Origin: an uncultured Bdellovibrio sp.
GTDB taxonomy: Bacteria; Bdellovibrionota; Bdellovibrionia; Bdellovibrionales; Bdellovibrionaceae
Assembly (NCBI GenBank): GCA_963932905.1
Contig: CAWVRN010000004.1
Span: forward strand, 128,001-192,000
Reading direction: 5' to 3'
Length of the DNA: 64,000 nt
A program made the position numbers and the translations under genes. Of the stretch, positions 10,326 through 21,364 are shown in pieces. Under the pieces are notes generated by a model. That model worked only from the letters and a program-made list of their open reading frames with translations. It did not search any database and had not been told where the DNA came from. Position 1 is the stretch's first letter, and every line of letters begins with the position of its first letter.

Positions 10326-11774
10326 TTAACGAGTTTCGATCAAACGAACTATGAATTCTTTTGCTGCCGACGCCATCTGATCGACTTTTTTTTGAGTACT
10401 TGACTCTAGGTAGCAACGAAATTCTGGAGCATTTCCCGATGGTCTAAAATGTACGACTTCGTCATCGGTTGTAGTAATGCGCACTCCGTCCAGCATATTC
10501 ACTCCCGCAACAAGCGCTGCGCCGCCTAGGATTTCTTGTATAACGGTTTTATTGTTGTCTTGAACTTTCTCTAGAATTCTAGCGCTCACTTCCAGTGGGC
10601 AATTCTTAACAAGTACACTAGCCGTGTATTTTTGCGGTAATTGATTAATCAACTCAGAAGGAGTCATTTTTTCTTTTGCGGCCAACGCTAACAATGCAAC
10701 GATCGGTAGCACCGAATCGCGCGTCGGTAATGATTTTAGAACTGAATCTTTTTTAGAAATATTTGATTTTAAAATATAACCACCGTTAGCTTCAAAGCCT
10801 GCCACTTGATCATATTTTTTCGCGAGTTCATCAAGTGCCGCAACGACAAATGGGGAACCGATTTTTGTAAAAACCGTTTGCTTCAGTTGTTTCAATTCAG
10901 AAACTCCAGAATTACAGCTGATCGGCAGCGCTACGGCTTGAATCGATAAATACAAACTAGTGATCATACCCAATTTATCACCCTGAATGATCTGCCCCTG
11001 ATTATCTACAACCAAAGGACGATCGCCATCGCCATCAGTGCTTACCAAAGCATCGGCTTTGTGTTCATCCATCCATTTCTGAAATTGAGCCAAAGAATCT
11101 ACCGCTTCCGTATCCACTGGAATAAACACATCGCTGCGGCCCAAACGTTTTACAGTCGCGCCTAGTTTTTCCAAAATTGCCGGCGCCAAATCACGCGCCA
11201 CGGACGAATGCTCATAAAACAAAACTTTGTAGGAACTTAAATTAATATCTTTGAAAAAATCGACATAGCGCTTAATGAAAAGTTCCTGACACTCCACAGT
11301 GACATCAATAGTAGTCGGAGTAGTTTTCGCTTTAAAATTGCCTATAGAATCGAACAATTCAGTTTTGTAGTTTTCTTCTTTTAATTTCAGGTACTGATTG
11401 AAAATCGCCAAATCATCGTGTTTCAATGTTTCACCAGATTCTAAGTAAAACTTAACACCATTCCGATCTGCAGGAATATGACTGCCCGTGACCATCACAG
11501 CCAATGATGTTTTTTCTTGAGAATAAAAAGCCAAACTTGGTGTTGGCACATCACCACAGCTTAATATAGTTTTGGAATGATCAGCAATCGCATGATGAAC
11601 AGCCTCTAGCATTTTGGGACTGCTGTCGCGTAAATCACGTCCGGTCGAAACAGATTTGGAAATTTTTAGTGTATCAGCGTATTTTAAAAACGCAGAAACC
11701 AACAAGTACACTTGCTGATCTGTAAATTCTGTAACTAAACCTCTAACACCACTGGTACCGAAACTTAAAGCCAT
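10326..11774 (-). CDS. manB: Phosphomannomutase
   Basis: FGTSGVRG, TGSHIP, DGDGDR, GFEANGG, RPSGNAPE. Confidence 0.9.
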   Translation of the reverse strand: MALSFGTSGVRGLVTEFTDQQVYLLVSAFLKYADTLKISKSVSTGRDLRDSSPKMLEAVHHAIADHSKTILSCGDVPTPSLAFYSQEKTSLAVMVTGSHIPADRNGVKFYLESGETLKHDDLAIFNQYLKLKEENYKTELFDSIGNFKAKTTPTTIDVTVECQELFIKRYVDFFKDINLSSYKVLFYEHSSVARDLAPAILEKLGATVKRLGRSDVFIPVDTEAVDSLAQFQKWMDEHKADALVSTDGDGDRPLVVDNQGQIIQGDKLGMITSLYLSIQAVALPISCNSGVSELKQLKQTVFTKIGSPFVVAALDELAKKYDQVAGFEANGGYILKSNISKKDSVLKSLPTRDSVLPIVALLALAAKEKMTPSELINQLPQKYTASVLVKNCPLEVSARILEKVQDNNKTVIQEILGGAALVAGVNMLDGVRITTTDDEVVHFRPSGNAPEFRCYLESSTQKKVDQMASAAKEFIVRLIETR

Positions 11775-11881
11775 TTTTTAATCTCTTTGTTAAATTTCCA
11801 ATCTGGCCATTTAAGTATTTTATTCTTCGCTAGGCAATAATTTATTTGATTTTTGCCCTATCCGATATCAAGGTAGTCCCT

Positions 11882-13285
11882 ATGAAAACATTAAAGTTCT
11901 ACTTCTGGATCTCAATGGCGTCGTTAGCACCATTTTTTGTTTTCTTTTTCTTTACGACTCCCCTAGCTGACGACATTTTCTACCATAACTATGCCCAAGA
12001 CAAAACAACTTGGGAGTTTTTAGTTCATCACTACAACACGTGGACAGGGCGGTATTTTTCAAATTTAATGATGGCGGTTAATCCGTTTACCTTAACCAGC
12101 AACACGGCCGTATATCCGTGGATGATGATCGCCCTATTCTTTGTTTTCATCTTGAGCCTATTTTTCCTAGTGCGCACACTCATTAAAATAGGGGGGCGAT
12201 CACCGAAAAATGTGTCCTACTCTGCACTGGCATTTCCCGTGACTATTATTTTAATTGCACTTTTTTTCCACAAAATGCCTCGAGTGACCGACACGTTTTA
12301 TTGGTTTTCGGGTACGTCGTCGCATCTATTGCCAATCTGTTTGCTTTTTGTCTCTATAGGTCTGTACCTAAGAGGCCTACATTTGCCAAACGGTTCCATG
12401 CGCCCACTTTCTGTGGTATTTGTAACATTGGCTAGTTTTATAGTCTCGGGTTCAAACGAAACTCTGGCCGTGCAGTGGATATTCACACTTTTCTTCACGT
12501 TCGTCTACCAGAGACTGATTTTTAATCGCTGTGAACGTGGTCTCATTATACCATTTCTGGCGGCGCTGATTGGTTTTACGATTCTATATTTTGCACCCGG
12601 AAATGCCATTCGCGGTAAAGAGCTGCATGGGGGACATGATATTTTGCTACTTTTAGCTAAGCCCTGGGGATTGATCATTGAAACAACAGTTCGCTATATT
12701 AGTTTGGCCGGCCTAATCGCACTGGTTGCAGTGTTTCCGACTTTAAAAGAGTTCCATCAAAACATATCAGAAAAAATGAAGACAAAACAAAGTCAACTCA
12801 TGCTCGTTGGATTCGGCCTTACTATTTTCGCTCTGACATTTGTTCCTTCGGTTTGGACAATGGGGGGATTGCCTCCTCGTCGAGTGCTTAACAACACTTA
12901 TTTATTTTTTCTGCTCTACGGAACGTTCTTGATTGTTTTGTTTGCAAACAAACTCGGCTTTTTACAGCGATGGTCAGACCGACCGTCGGGAAAAAAGGTA
13001 AATTTTGTTTTTGCGATATCACTGCTGATTTTATTTAATAATTTTTATGCATGGAAAGACTTAGTTAACTTGCCAAAGTATTTAGACTCAGAAAAAAAAC
13101 GACAGGTTATAGTGTCTTCCGGCCAAGGAAAAGACGTGATACTTACCCCACTGGCCTACTTCCCCACAACGTTTTACTACGAGGACGTTCGGACTAATGC
13201 CGAGGACTACCGCAACATTGTCTTCGCAAAATTTTACAATCTAAAAAGCGTAGCACTGTCTCAAGACTACGAAGGCGACAATTAG
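11882..13285 (+). CDS. Polytopic membrane protein, DUF6056/GT-C-like
   Basis: ADD.FY and HYNTWTGRY after first TM, SNE, APGN..R motifs; ATG 11882 preferred to TTG 11846. Confidence 0.6.
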   Translation: MKTLKFYFWISMASLAPFFVFFFFTTPLADDIFYHNYAQDKTTWEFLVHHYNTWTGRYFSNLMMAVNPFTLTSNTAVYPWMMIALFFVFILSLFFLVRTLIKIGGRSPKNVSYSALAFPVTIILIALFFHKMPRVTDTFYWFSGTSSHLLPICLLFVSIGLYLRGLHLPNGSMRPLSVVFVTLASFIVSGSNETLAVQWIFTLFFTFVYQRLIFNRCERGLIIPFLAALIGFTILYFAPGNAIRGKELHGGHDILLLLAKPWGLIIETTVRYISLAGLIALVAVFPTLKEFHQNISEKMKTKQSQLMLVGFGLTIFALTFVPSVWTMGGLPPRRVLNNTYLFFLLYGTFLIVLFANKLGFLQRWSDRPSGKKVNFVFAISLLILFNNFYAWKDLVNLPKYLDSEKKRQVIVSSGQGKDVILTPLAYFPTTFYYEDVRTNAEDYRNIVFAKFYNLKSVALSQDYEGDN

Positions 13286-13454
13286 AATCAAGATGCTGAT
13301 ACCTTAAAGTGATCTGCTCGCCATGTTAAAGCATCGTCAAAACCGTACCGTTACTTGAGTTTACCTGACTTCCATTGTAGAACATTGCTATATTTTGCGA
13401 CACTTATTTTTATTTGATTATCATACGTATTAGCTGATACTTTCGACATAACTC

Positions 13455-14273
13455 ATGAGTCAATTATTACTAATTATTCCTTGTTACAATGAAGCCGATC
13501 GCATCAATTTAGAAGCATTCAAGACATACTTTGATCGTCTGGACACTAAAAATATCGACTTCCTATTCGCCAATGATGGCTCTAAAGACAACACCTCAGA
13601 ATTAATTCGTAGTTATATATCTAAAAACGGGATGCAGGCGAATTGGTTTGTTTTCGACAACCCAAACAATACGGGTAAAGCCGGCGTTATATACAATGCC
13701 TATCACTGGTCTAAAAAGTATATCCCGTCAAAGACTAGTGCCAAAAATACTGTGACTGTGGATTTCCAAAAAAAAATGGCCATCGGAATTGAAGGCAATG
13801 TCGTACCGACATTGTACGATTGGTACGGCTACTGGGATGCGGATCTAGCGACACCGCTGTTTGAAATCCAAAACATGATACAATTCCGTGAACTATTCTA
13901 CCCGCGAAAAGAAGTTATTTTTGGTAGCCGCATCTTACGCTTGGGAAGTCAGATCGTTCGCAAACCATTACGTCATTATTTAGGCCGCCTATTCGCTACT
14001 GTAGCAGATCTATTGCTAAATATTGGCAGTTACGACAGCCAATGCGGCGCCAAAATCATGAGTCGTTATATGGCTGAAAAAGCATTTGCCGAACCATTTA
14101 TCAGTGGCTGGATTTTTGACATCGAAATCATGCTTCGTGTGGGCGAAAATAATATTACCGAATACCCACTCGTTGAATGGGTCGATGCACCTGGATCAAA
14201 AGTTAAAATATTTAAAGAGGCGTTTCGAATACTTAAAGAACTTTTCGCAATCAAAGCGAAATATAAGCGCTAG
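13455..14273 (+). CDS. GT2 polyprenyl-phosphate glycosyltransferase (DPG-synthase-like)
   Basis: IPCYNEA, NDGSKD, DADLATP, DSQCGAK, FDIEI. Confidence 0.85.
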   Translation: MSQLLLIIPCYNEADRINLEAFKTYFDRLDTKNIDFLFANDGSKDNTSELIRSYISKNGMQANWFVFDNPNNTGKAGVIYNAYHWSKKYIPSKTSAKNTVTVDFQKKMAIGIEGNVVPTLYDWYGYWDADLATPLFEIQNMIQFRELFYPRKEVIFGSRILRLGSQIVRKPLRHYLGRLFATVADLLLNIGSYDSQCGAKIMSRYMAEKAFAEPFISGWIFDIEIMLRVGENNITEYPLVEWVDAPGSKVKIFKEAFRILKELFAIKAKYKR

Positions 14274-14675
14274 CTATTTCATAACTATCGATTTACCAAT
14301 CGGCGCTAGCGAAATACCAGCAAGTTTGAAATGCTGAACAGCAAAGGGAATACCGATAATGGTGATCCCTAGCAAAATCCCCCAGAAAATATGAATCAAA
14401 GCCAACCACCATCCACAAAAAACAAACCACAGTATATTGCCGATCATTCCCAGACCGCCCGTTCCAATGTCAGAACCACTTAGCTTTTTTCGATTCACGA
14501 CTTCGGATCCAAATGGCCAGAAGTTCAGCAGCCCAATATTAAAAGCAGCACGAGCCCAAGGAATCCCAACAATTGAAATCAGCATAAAGAACGCCGAAGT
14601 GAACCACGACAGTGCCGTTGTCCACCCGCCGAAGAATAACCATAGCAAATTCATAATTATAGAAGTTGGACTCAT
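14274..14675 (-). CDS. yccF: YccF-domain inner membrane protein
   Basis: Two NLLW.FGG...IGIP.A..LAP.G repeats. Confidence 0.85.
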   Translation of the reverse strand: MSPTSIIMNLLWLFFGGWTTALSWFTSAFFMLISIVGIPWARAAFNIGLLNFWPFGSEVVNRKKLSGSDIGTGGLGMIGNILWFVFCGWWLALIHIFWGILLGITIIGIPFAVQHFKLAGISLAPIGKSIVMK

Positions 14676-14705
14676 AAAATGTTTCCCTTAACGCGCTGGG
14701 TTTCA

Positions 14706-14731
14706 AAAAGCCACGACGTGGCTCTTTTTTT
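14706..14731 (-). terminator. Intrinsic terminator after transaldolase
   Basis: AGCCACG-A-CGTGGCT inverted repeat flanked by A and T tracts right after the stop. Confidence 0.55.
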
Positions 14732-15471
14732 TAAATGCTGAAACCGGCGGCTTCGGAATCGGCTTTGAATGTTTTGATTGTATCTAGGCTTAAATCCCAC
14801 GGGCTTTTGTTGAAGCCATTTATTTTTTTGATGATGTCCGGTGGTGCCGTGATGATGTGGCAACCCGCTTGTTCAGCCTCTACGATGTTAAAAACTTCGC
14901 GAGTCGATGCCCATAGAAGTTCGATATGGTCGCCGTGCGTACGGCAGAAATCAGATGAAGCGCTCATCAACGGATTTGGGTTACGGCCGCTATCAGCGAT
15001 ACGTCCCGCAAACACAGAAACAATTGAAGGCGCACCATGCTTAACCGCCATCACCGTTTCTTGAATCTGGTCCCATGTAAATAGTGCTGTTACGTTTAGT
15101 TTAATCCCCTGGGCTGACAATTCTTTGATTAAAGGAATTGAACTTTCTCCCTTAGAATTCATGATGGGAATTTTTACGTAAACATTCTCGGCCCACTTGT
15201 AGATGATCTGAGCTTGGCGGTGCATTTCTTTGAAATCATCAGCAAACACTTCAAAGCTGATGGGTTTGTCTTTTATATGAGTCAGGATATCTTTGCAAAA
15301 CTCTGTGTAGTTCGTAATGCCAGCTTTTTTCATCAGCGACGGATTTGTTGTCAAACCTTGAACATAAGGATTAGCAGCCATTTCCAGCATTGATTTTTTA
15401 TCTGCCCCATCTGTGTAGATTTTGATTTTATTTTGGAACGGAGATTTCAATTTCATAAATGCCTCTTTCAA
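14731..15471 (-). CDS. tal: Transaldolase (short type)
   Basis: DGAD, GLTTNPSL, NVYVKIP, NVTALF, SVFAGRIAD, LWASTRE. Confidence 0.9.
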   Translation of the reverse strand: MKEAFMKLKSPFQNKIKIYTDGADKKSMLEMAANPYVQGLTTNPSLMKKAGITNYTEFCKDILTHIKDKPISFEVFADDFKEMHRQAQIIYKWAENVYVKIPIMNSKGESSIPLIKELSAQGIKLNVTALFTWDQIQETVMAVKHGAPSIVSVFAGRIADSGRNPNPLMSASSDFCRTHGDHIELLWASTREVFNIVEAEQAGCHIITAPPDIIKKINGFNKSPWDLSLDTIKTFKADSEAAGFSI

Positions 15472-15482
15472 TTTTTAAATAA

Positions 15483-16697
15483 TTACTGAGTTAAAATTTT
15501 CTTAGTGATAATTTTGCCAAGCTCGACACCTGGCTGGTTGAACGCATTGATTTTCATGAATTCACCCATCATACCCACGATCAATTGATATGTCATAAAA
15601 TACTGCCCCAATGCAAACTCGTCCATTTTATCAAACTTGATTTCACAAACTGGATGTTTGCTTTCTTTTTGACTCTCCGTCATTGCTTGCGCTTCAGTTT
15701 TTAGCAAATGGCTTAACGGCCGGTTTTTCAATACACTTGTTTCTGGGAATTGAGTTACTTTTAGTTGGTAGTCGTTCTCTTCACTCGATTTAAAACGATG
15801 TACGACAACCGTTTTGCCTAATTGAGTTTCCATCATCTGTTGCAAAATCGAATGCTGATCATTAGCCCCCAAACTAATAATAGGGGCCGTCGCCACATAT
15901 AAGGGTGACTCTTTTTTAGCTAATGATTCCGCCCACAATTGTTCTAACCATTTACCTAACTGAAATGTAGAATCGGAATAGTACCAGAAATACGACAAAA
16001 CGTCTTTACGTTTAAAACTCTCCATAAAAAACTGAGTCATTGGAAACAATGTTCGCTCTTTATATTCCGTTTTCAACGCTGATTCAGCACCATGGCGGAA
16101 TTCAGCTAAGTTGAGCTTACAAAGTTTAATAACCAACTGACCAATGGAACTAAGCACGGAGAAGCGACCACCCACATTCAATGGAATCTCTAGTATAGGA
16201 GCCCCATTTGTTTTTGCCCAGTCATACAAACTGCTTGCTTTAAGTTCTGTGATTACTACTGTTTGGTTTTTTAACTGTAAATTTTCAGCAGCTAATTCCT
16301 GCGCAAAGAAATCCATCGTTGCCAGTGTTTCAATGGTCGTTCCACTTTTAGATACGAACACGAAACCAACATCTTTAAATGAAGAAAATCGTTTCTTAGT
16401 TGCCAACAAAGTTTGAATATCAGGATTTTCTAGGACTTGAATATGATTGACTTTCAATGCCTCGACCATTGCTTTTGGACCTAAGCTGGATCCACCGATA
16501 CCAACCCAAACAAAATGTTTGAATTTATTGGCAAAAGTTTCACCGACTTGTTCGGTCTGACTCCAAAGATGATTCATCTCTGTCAATTTGTAAAAACCGA
16601 TCTCTTTGCGTTCCATCAATTTTTCTAGGCATTGATGAGGTGTGAGTTGACCATTCGCTGCGGTCGCCGGCTGACTTGAAACATAACTGATTTGCAT
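15483..16697 (-). CDS. pgi: Glucose-6-phosphate isomerase (SIS)
   Basis: GIGGSSLG, SKSGTTIET, VGGRFSVLS, QLWAESL, DQHS, NQPGVE.GK; ATG 16697 has GAGG RBS. Confidence 0.9.
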   Translation of the reverse strand: MQISYVSSQPATAANGQLTPHQCLEKLMERKEIGFYKLTEMNHLWSQTEQVGETFANKFKHFVWVGIGGSSLGPKAMVEALKVNHIQVLENPDIQTLLATKKRFSSFKDVGFVFVSKSGTTIETLATMDFFAQELAAENLQLKNQTVVITELKASSLYDWAKTNGAPILEIPLNVGGRFSVLSSIGQLVIKLCKLNLAEFRHGAESALKTEYKERTLFPMTQFFMESFKRKDVLSYFWYYSDSTFQLGKWLEQLWAESLAKKESPLYVATAPIISLGANDQHSILQQMMETQLGKTVVVHRFKSSEENDYQLKVTQFPETSVLKNRPLSHLLKTEAQAMTESQKESKHPVCEIKFDKMDEFALGQYFMTYQLIVGMMGEFMKINAFNQPGVELGKIITKKILTQ

Positions 16698-16956
16698 AGA
16701 AATTAACCTCGATATTCCTGAAGAAATTAGCCCAGGAAACGGAATAAATCTACAGGTTTCCCGCCCAATGCGGGTTAGCAAAAAGTTACAGTTTAAAAAA
16801 ATAAATCTGGCATAGGCTGTATTTCTTCTCGAGTGAACAGTTGAAAAGTAACGTGGCAGACGTCCAAATTAACGTCGCCTTATTTTGAGATTTCCTTCAC
16901 GAATCCGTTTATCTTCCCCTAGCCTGTCCGATAAACTGTAAGGACTCGGGGGAGTA

Positions 16957-19170
16957 ATGAAGCTGTTAGTAACTGTAATATTCTTATCTTTTCAAATTTC
17001 ACTGGTGGCCCTAGCCCAGCAAACAATGGAAGTAACAGAGGCCTTAAAATCGCACCTAATCCTAGCCAAAAAAATCTACGAGCGCACAACAGGGGTAAAA
17101 ATCTCGTTAAAAGATCCTGTCGTTGAACAAATGGCGAAAGAAATAAAAAACAATAACTTCGTGGGTGCCGCTAAAATAGCCACTCAAAGTCCGGCCTTTA
17201 CTAATGTTAGAGCTCGCAATTTTGCACTTCGCCTTTCTAATAAATCTAACTCGGTCGGCGTTGATCTAAATGATATGGCTACCATGATTATCGGTATCAT
17301 ACGCGATGACGAAGACTTTAGAGAAATTATGACATCTAAAAATCACTACCAGATCAAAAACATCACTTACTACAAAAACTATCTAGAATTCAATGCTAGA
17401 AACCCAGCCACGGAGGCCGAAGACAAAATCTTGGATTTGCACGAAAACATCGAAAAAATCAGCAAGCCTCCTTATGTTATGACTACAATCAATGCAGGGA
17501 AAGTGGCAGCCATTAATGCGGAATCCATCACACAAATCGAGAAAAACATCAAAATCTCTGAACAAGGTATTGAACTAAAAGAAAATCCAGATCCAGCCGG
17601 TGTTTTAACTACAAATTATTTTGCGCAATCTCAGTTTTCTGGCGGCACCAATCGTCGAGGCGTTGAATTTGTAGTTAAAAATTTCTTATGCAGTTCGATG
17701 CCCGAAATCGGTAACCCAAATGCTTCAGATGCCTTCGTGGGACGTGACGTTGATCGTTTCGTTGGCGGTAGTAACGCAAATTATGTAAACAATTGTAAAA
17801 GCTGCCACACTGTTATGGATGGTCTACGTAGCGCGTTTGCTAAAGTGGACTACTCCGCTTTTTATCAAGATATGGCAACAGGAAATAACGGTCTTGCATA
17901 CGGTGGCTTTGCCAATCAGCTGGCCGATGCACGCGCCGTGTGGACTGACGTCGATTTCAATCAATCTCCACTTGAAGCAGAACTCAAATCCAAAGGCGCT
18001 AACTCGACCCTAGTCAACAACACGACACAGGCTTACGACCTTGACTACTCATTTCCTTTAAAAAGCACATACTCGGCTGAAACCAGCACAACCTATGCCG
18101 AAAAAAAAGAAAAAATGATTTCAACAATGAACACTAACTTGTTGATCAAAAATGCAGCTGGCGTAGCGGCACCCAACACCACCTACTTATCGATGGCGCA
18201 AAAGTTTAATCGCGTCCTATTGGGCTTAAGTTTTCGCGATGTAGTTTCTGAACTGGCTGCCCGTGCTAATTTGAAAGAACAAATTCTGGTTAACCCAGCC
18301 GCTGCCTACTCCGCTGCGAATACTAAACCAGCATGGTTAGCGGTTAAAAACAATTTACACTATTTCATTTTAACAGCCGATACTTCTATTGGTAGCGCTC
18401 GTGACGAAGTTGCCACTGACAAAAAGACAATTCTTTATGATATTTTCGCTAACAAAACTTTGCCAGCAAATATCACTAAATATAATCAAACATGTTTAGA
18501 TAAATGGGATCAAACAAAAATTGATGCACAGACTACAGAGTCAGCTAAAAATTCAATGAGATTCACCATGTCCCAAGCTTTTTTGATCTGCGATTTGGAA
18601 TTCAGAAAAAACCTATCGTTTATTTCTGAACAACTTCTACTGAAGTTAAAAACCAACGGGGCTCCGGCGGAACTTCAAACCGGTGCTAATGAACTGCTTC
18701 TGATCAACCACGTAAATATGTTTTTTAATGCTGATAGATCACGTCGTGATTATTTCACCCGTTATTTGCAATCGCAAAATCGCATGATTGCATTCGGTGG
18801 AACAAATTTCAATGGTGACACAGGCGTAGTTAACAAAATGAACAACGGCAGTTTTACCTACGGCGCCGAGGTTAAAACAGATGACTTCACAAACTTGGCA
18901 TCGGATTCCTATGGTTGGAGAGGTCCCAATAAAGACGGCGGGTCCGGTATGAATCAATTCGGTCGAATGATTGCTGACTCGCAAGCATTTTCATCATGCA
19001 TGACAAAGAAGATCTTTCAATCTGTTTGCTACAAAGATTTATCAGCAGACCCAAAGCTTTTGAAAAAATGGACCCAGCAGTTTGAAATCAATTACAAAGT
19101 TAAAAATTTAGTCGCAGAAATGGTGGTAAGTAATGATTGTGGTTTGATCAACAAAACGGCAGGTAACTAG
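16957..19170 (+). CDS. Exported protein with one c-type heme motif (DUF1585/DUF1588-like context)
   Basis: Signal peptide, AGVLTT, GTNRR, CKSCH..MD, C-terminal F..C...KIF..VC. Confidence 0.6.
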   Translation: MKLLVTVIFLSFQISLVALAQQTMEVTEALKSHLILAKKIYERTTGVKISLKDPVVEQMAKEIKNNNFVGAAKIATQSPAFTNVRARNFALRLSNKSNSVGVDLNDMATMIIGIIRDDEDFREIMTSKNHYQIKNITYYKNYLEFNARNPATEAEDKILDLHENIEKISKPPYVMTTINAGKVAAINAESITQIEKNIKISEQGIELKENPDPAGVLTTNYFAQSQFSGGTNRRGVEFVVKNFLCSSMPEIGNPNASDAFVGRDVDRFVGGSNANYVNNCKSCHTVMDGLRSAFAKVDYSAFYQDMATGNNGLAYGGFANQLADARAVWTDVDFNQSPLEAELKSKGANSTLVNNTTQAYDLDYSFPLKSTYSAETSTTYAEKKEKMISTMNTNLLIKNAAGVAAPNTTYLSMAQKFNRVLLGLSFRDVVSELAARANLKEQILVNPAAAYSAANTKPAWLAVKNNLHYFILTADTSIGSARDEVATDKKTILYDIFANKTLPANITKYNQTCLDKWDQTKIDAQTTESAKNSMRFTMSQAFLICDLEFRKNLSFISEQLLLKLKTNGAPAELQTGANELLLINHVNMFFNADRSRRDYFTRYLQSQNRMIAFGGTNFNGDTGVVNKMNNGSFTYGAEVKTDDFTNLASDSYGWRGPNKDGGSGMNQFGRMIADSQAFSSCMTKKIFQSVCYKDLSADPKLLKKWTQQFEINYKVKNLVAEMVVSNDCGLINKTAGN

Positions 19171-19844
19171 TGAAATATTTTAAACTGGTCTTAATTACTT
19201 TAGTGATTTCTCTTAATTTTAACAACTGCTCTAATTTTTCAGAGCCTGTGGCCGATCAATTAATGCTTAGTACCCAGTGCGAAGAAAACTGTGATGATCT
19301 ATCTACATTCAAAGTCGCTAACGACCAAGATGAAAACTTGGACGTACGCCAAGCAGTGGAAAGCTACCTCTCTATTTTGGGAATGAAAGCATCTAATTTA
19401 ACAGCCACGAACTTAAGTAGTATTAACACCGAGAAAAAACGCCGTAAAGCTTTACTCGCGCAAGACCCTGATTATACGAAAGTCAGCACAATCAATATGC
19501 TGTCTCAAACGTCTCTGGCCGGTGAAATATGCCGCGCATTTGTCACAACCGATGGACTAAATTCATCCTTGTTTTCAGGAGTTACGTTTTCGCAAAAGCC
19601 AAATCAAATTCCGTTAAATAATTGGATGAATTCAGTTCACAATTTTGCCCTTCAGGCGTGGGGACGCGCTCTAACAACAGCCGAAACCGACGCATTCAAG
19701 AACTTTATCCAAGCATCAATGACGGAAGCTTCGCGCTCGCCGAACTCGGACAAAGTAGTGGGAACAAATTCGTTAGAATCACTTAATTTAGGTATTATGA
19801 TCTGCACCACTGTTTTAGCATCGCCTGAAGCTAGCAGTTTATAG
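19170..19844 (+). CDS. Lipoprotein of unknown function
   Basis: LNFNNC lipobox; LAGEIC, AWGR.LT..E, ICTTVLAS. Confidence 0.6.
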   Translation: MKYFKLVLITLVISLNFNNCSNFSEPVADQLMLSTQCEENCDDLSTFKVANDQDENLDVRQAVESYLSILGMKASNLTATNLSSINTEKKRRKALLAQDPDYTKVSTINMLSQTSLAGEICRAFVTTDGLNSSLFSGVTFSQKPNQIPLNNWMNSVHNFALQAWGRALTTAETDAFKNFIQASMTEASRSPNSDKVVGTNSLESLNLGIMICTTVLASPEASSL

Positions 19845-19893
19845 CAAGTAGTTTGTAAGCCGTCATTTCTAGGGGACAAGAGTTGGGGGAAGA

Positions 19894-21363
19894 ATGAAAA
19901 AAGAAACGCACAAGTATTTACTGCAAAATGCAGACAATCCTGAAATATTAAAAAAATTCACACGTCGTGAATTGATGGGTGCAGGATTTGCGGGATTGGC
20001 CACACGCGTGTGGATGCCCTCAACCGCCAGCTTGATCGCAAATTTATTGGGCACAAGTTCGACGGCGAAAGCTGACACTGTAACCAACTGGATGCCTTTT
20101 ATCACCATTAACCTATCTGGCGGCGCTGGTATACATGGCAATATAGTTCCACTAAATTCCGCGGGTGCGATGCTACCGACCTACGACTTTTTAGGTTTAG
20201 GAAAAAAACCAACTATTGAAAATTACTTGGGTTTAAATTTCATGGATAAATCACGTATGCTTGAAGGATTAAAATCCGTTCTCAGCGCCGATGCGGCGTC
20301 TAGAGCCAAGGGATCAATCCTTTGCACATCGACATCTCCTGACACAAATGGGATTCCTCCTTTGCGGTCACAGTTTGATCTTTCAGCTGTGCTAGAGAAA
20401 ACCGGCAAAAAAGGCGAATTCTTTTCTGATTTACAAATGAATGCGACATCGACGTCGATCCGTTCATTCCACGATCAGGAACCGACCAGCCGTTTAAATG
20501 TGGCTAGCGTTGCACAACTGCAGGACTCTCTGTCGTTAACTGCGGTGTATGCGTCCACTGTTAGCGGAACAGATACGACACCGCGTTTTACGCAAAATCA
20601 GAAACGAAATGTCGCCTCTGTATTATCGAAAATGACAGAGCTACAGTTGAATTCACGTAACTCAGATAAACTGAATCCAGAGAAAAATAAAATTATTGAT
20701 GCTAGTAAAAAATTGGAAGATCTAGTCGGCGGAACTGTCAGTGGTAAAACCTTGGTGGATCCCTACCAATCAGCGATGACTAAAAATGTTTACAAGTTAA
20801 CCGATCCCGCAAGAGACTCCGCCAGCCTTCAAACTACGGCAGCAATCATGTACTGCAATTTGATGGGCTATTCGTCGCACACCTATTTAGCCCTACCCGG
20901 ATACGACTATCATGATCCTTCCACTCGTACACAATCCAATCAACGTGACTTTGAAGCAGGACAACAAATCGGACGTATTGTCGAGCTTGCACATCAATTA
21001 CAAAAATCTGTTTTTATCTTTGTAAACACGGACGGATCCTGTGTTTCAATTAGATCGGATGACATCACTTCACAATGGAGCGGTGATACTACAAATTCAT
21101 TGCAATTAATTATCGCTTACACTCCAGAAGGCGTTGATTTTTCAACGACTAGTAATTTGAAATCACAAATTGGCCACTACACGAACGATCAAGCGACAGA
21201 TAAAAATACATTGGTCGGCGATCGTACCGACTACGTAGCCGCGGCGGTAACAGCTAACTATTTAAACTTGCATGGTCAAATCAGTCGACTAACTGAAGTC
21301 GTACCATCAACAATAACTCAGGAACGAACCGGCGAAGTCGTTCGCCTAAAGGCCAAAGCTTAA
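19894..21363 (+). CDS. Tat-exported DUF1501/DUF1552-like protein
   Basis: TRRELM Tat motif, INLSGGAG, GYDYHD, TDG. Confidence 0.6.
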   Translation: MKKETHKYLLQNADNPEILKKFTRRELMGAGFAGLATRVWMPSTASLIANLLGTSSTAKADTVTNWMPFITINLSGGAGIHGNIVPLNSAGAMLPTYDFLGLGKKPTIENYLGLNFMDKSRMLEGLKSVLSADAASRAKGSILCTSTSPDTNGIPPLRSQFDLSAVLEKTGKKGEFFSDLQMNATSTSIRSFHDQEPTSRLNVASVAQLQDSLSLTAVYASTVSGTDTTPRFTQNQKRNVASVLSKMTELQLNSRNSDKLNPEKNKIIDASKKLEDLVGGTVSGKTLVDPYQSAMTKNVYKLTDPARDSASLQTTAAIMYCNLMGYSSHTYLALPGYDYHDPSTRTQSNQRDFEAGQQIGRIVELAHQLQKSVFIFVNTDGSCVSIRSDDITSQWSGDTTNSLQLIIAYTPEGVDFSTTSNLKSQIGHYTNDQATDKNTLVGDRTDYVAAAVTANYLNLHGQISRLTEVVPSTITQERTGEVVRLKAKA

Positions 21364-21364
21364 T

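Noticed and set aside
16698..16781. N-terminal extension of Pgi
   Set aside because: GAGG RBS supports ATG 16697
19894..21363. Type II secretion GspF-type call
   Set aside because: Soluble Tat substrate without the TM helices of GspF, and no T2SS genes nearby
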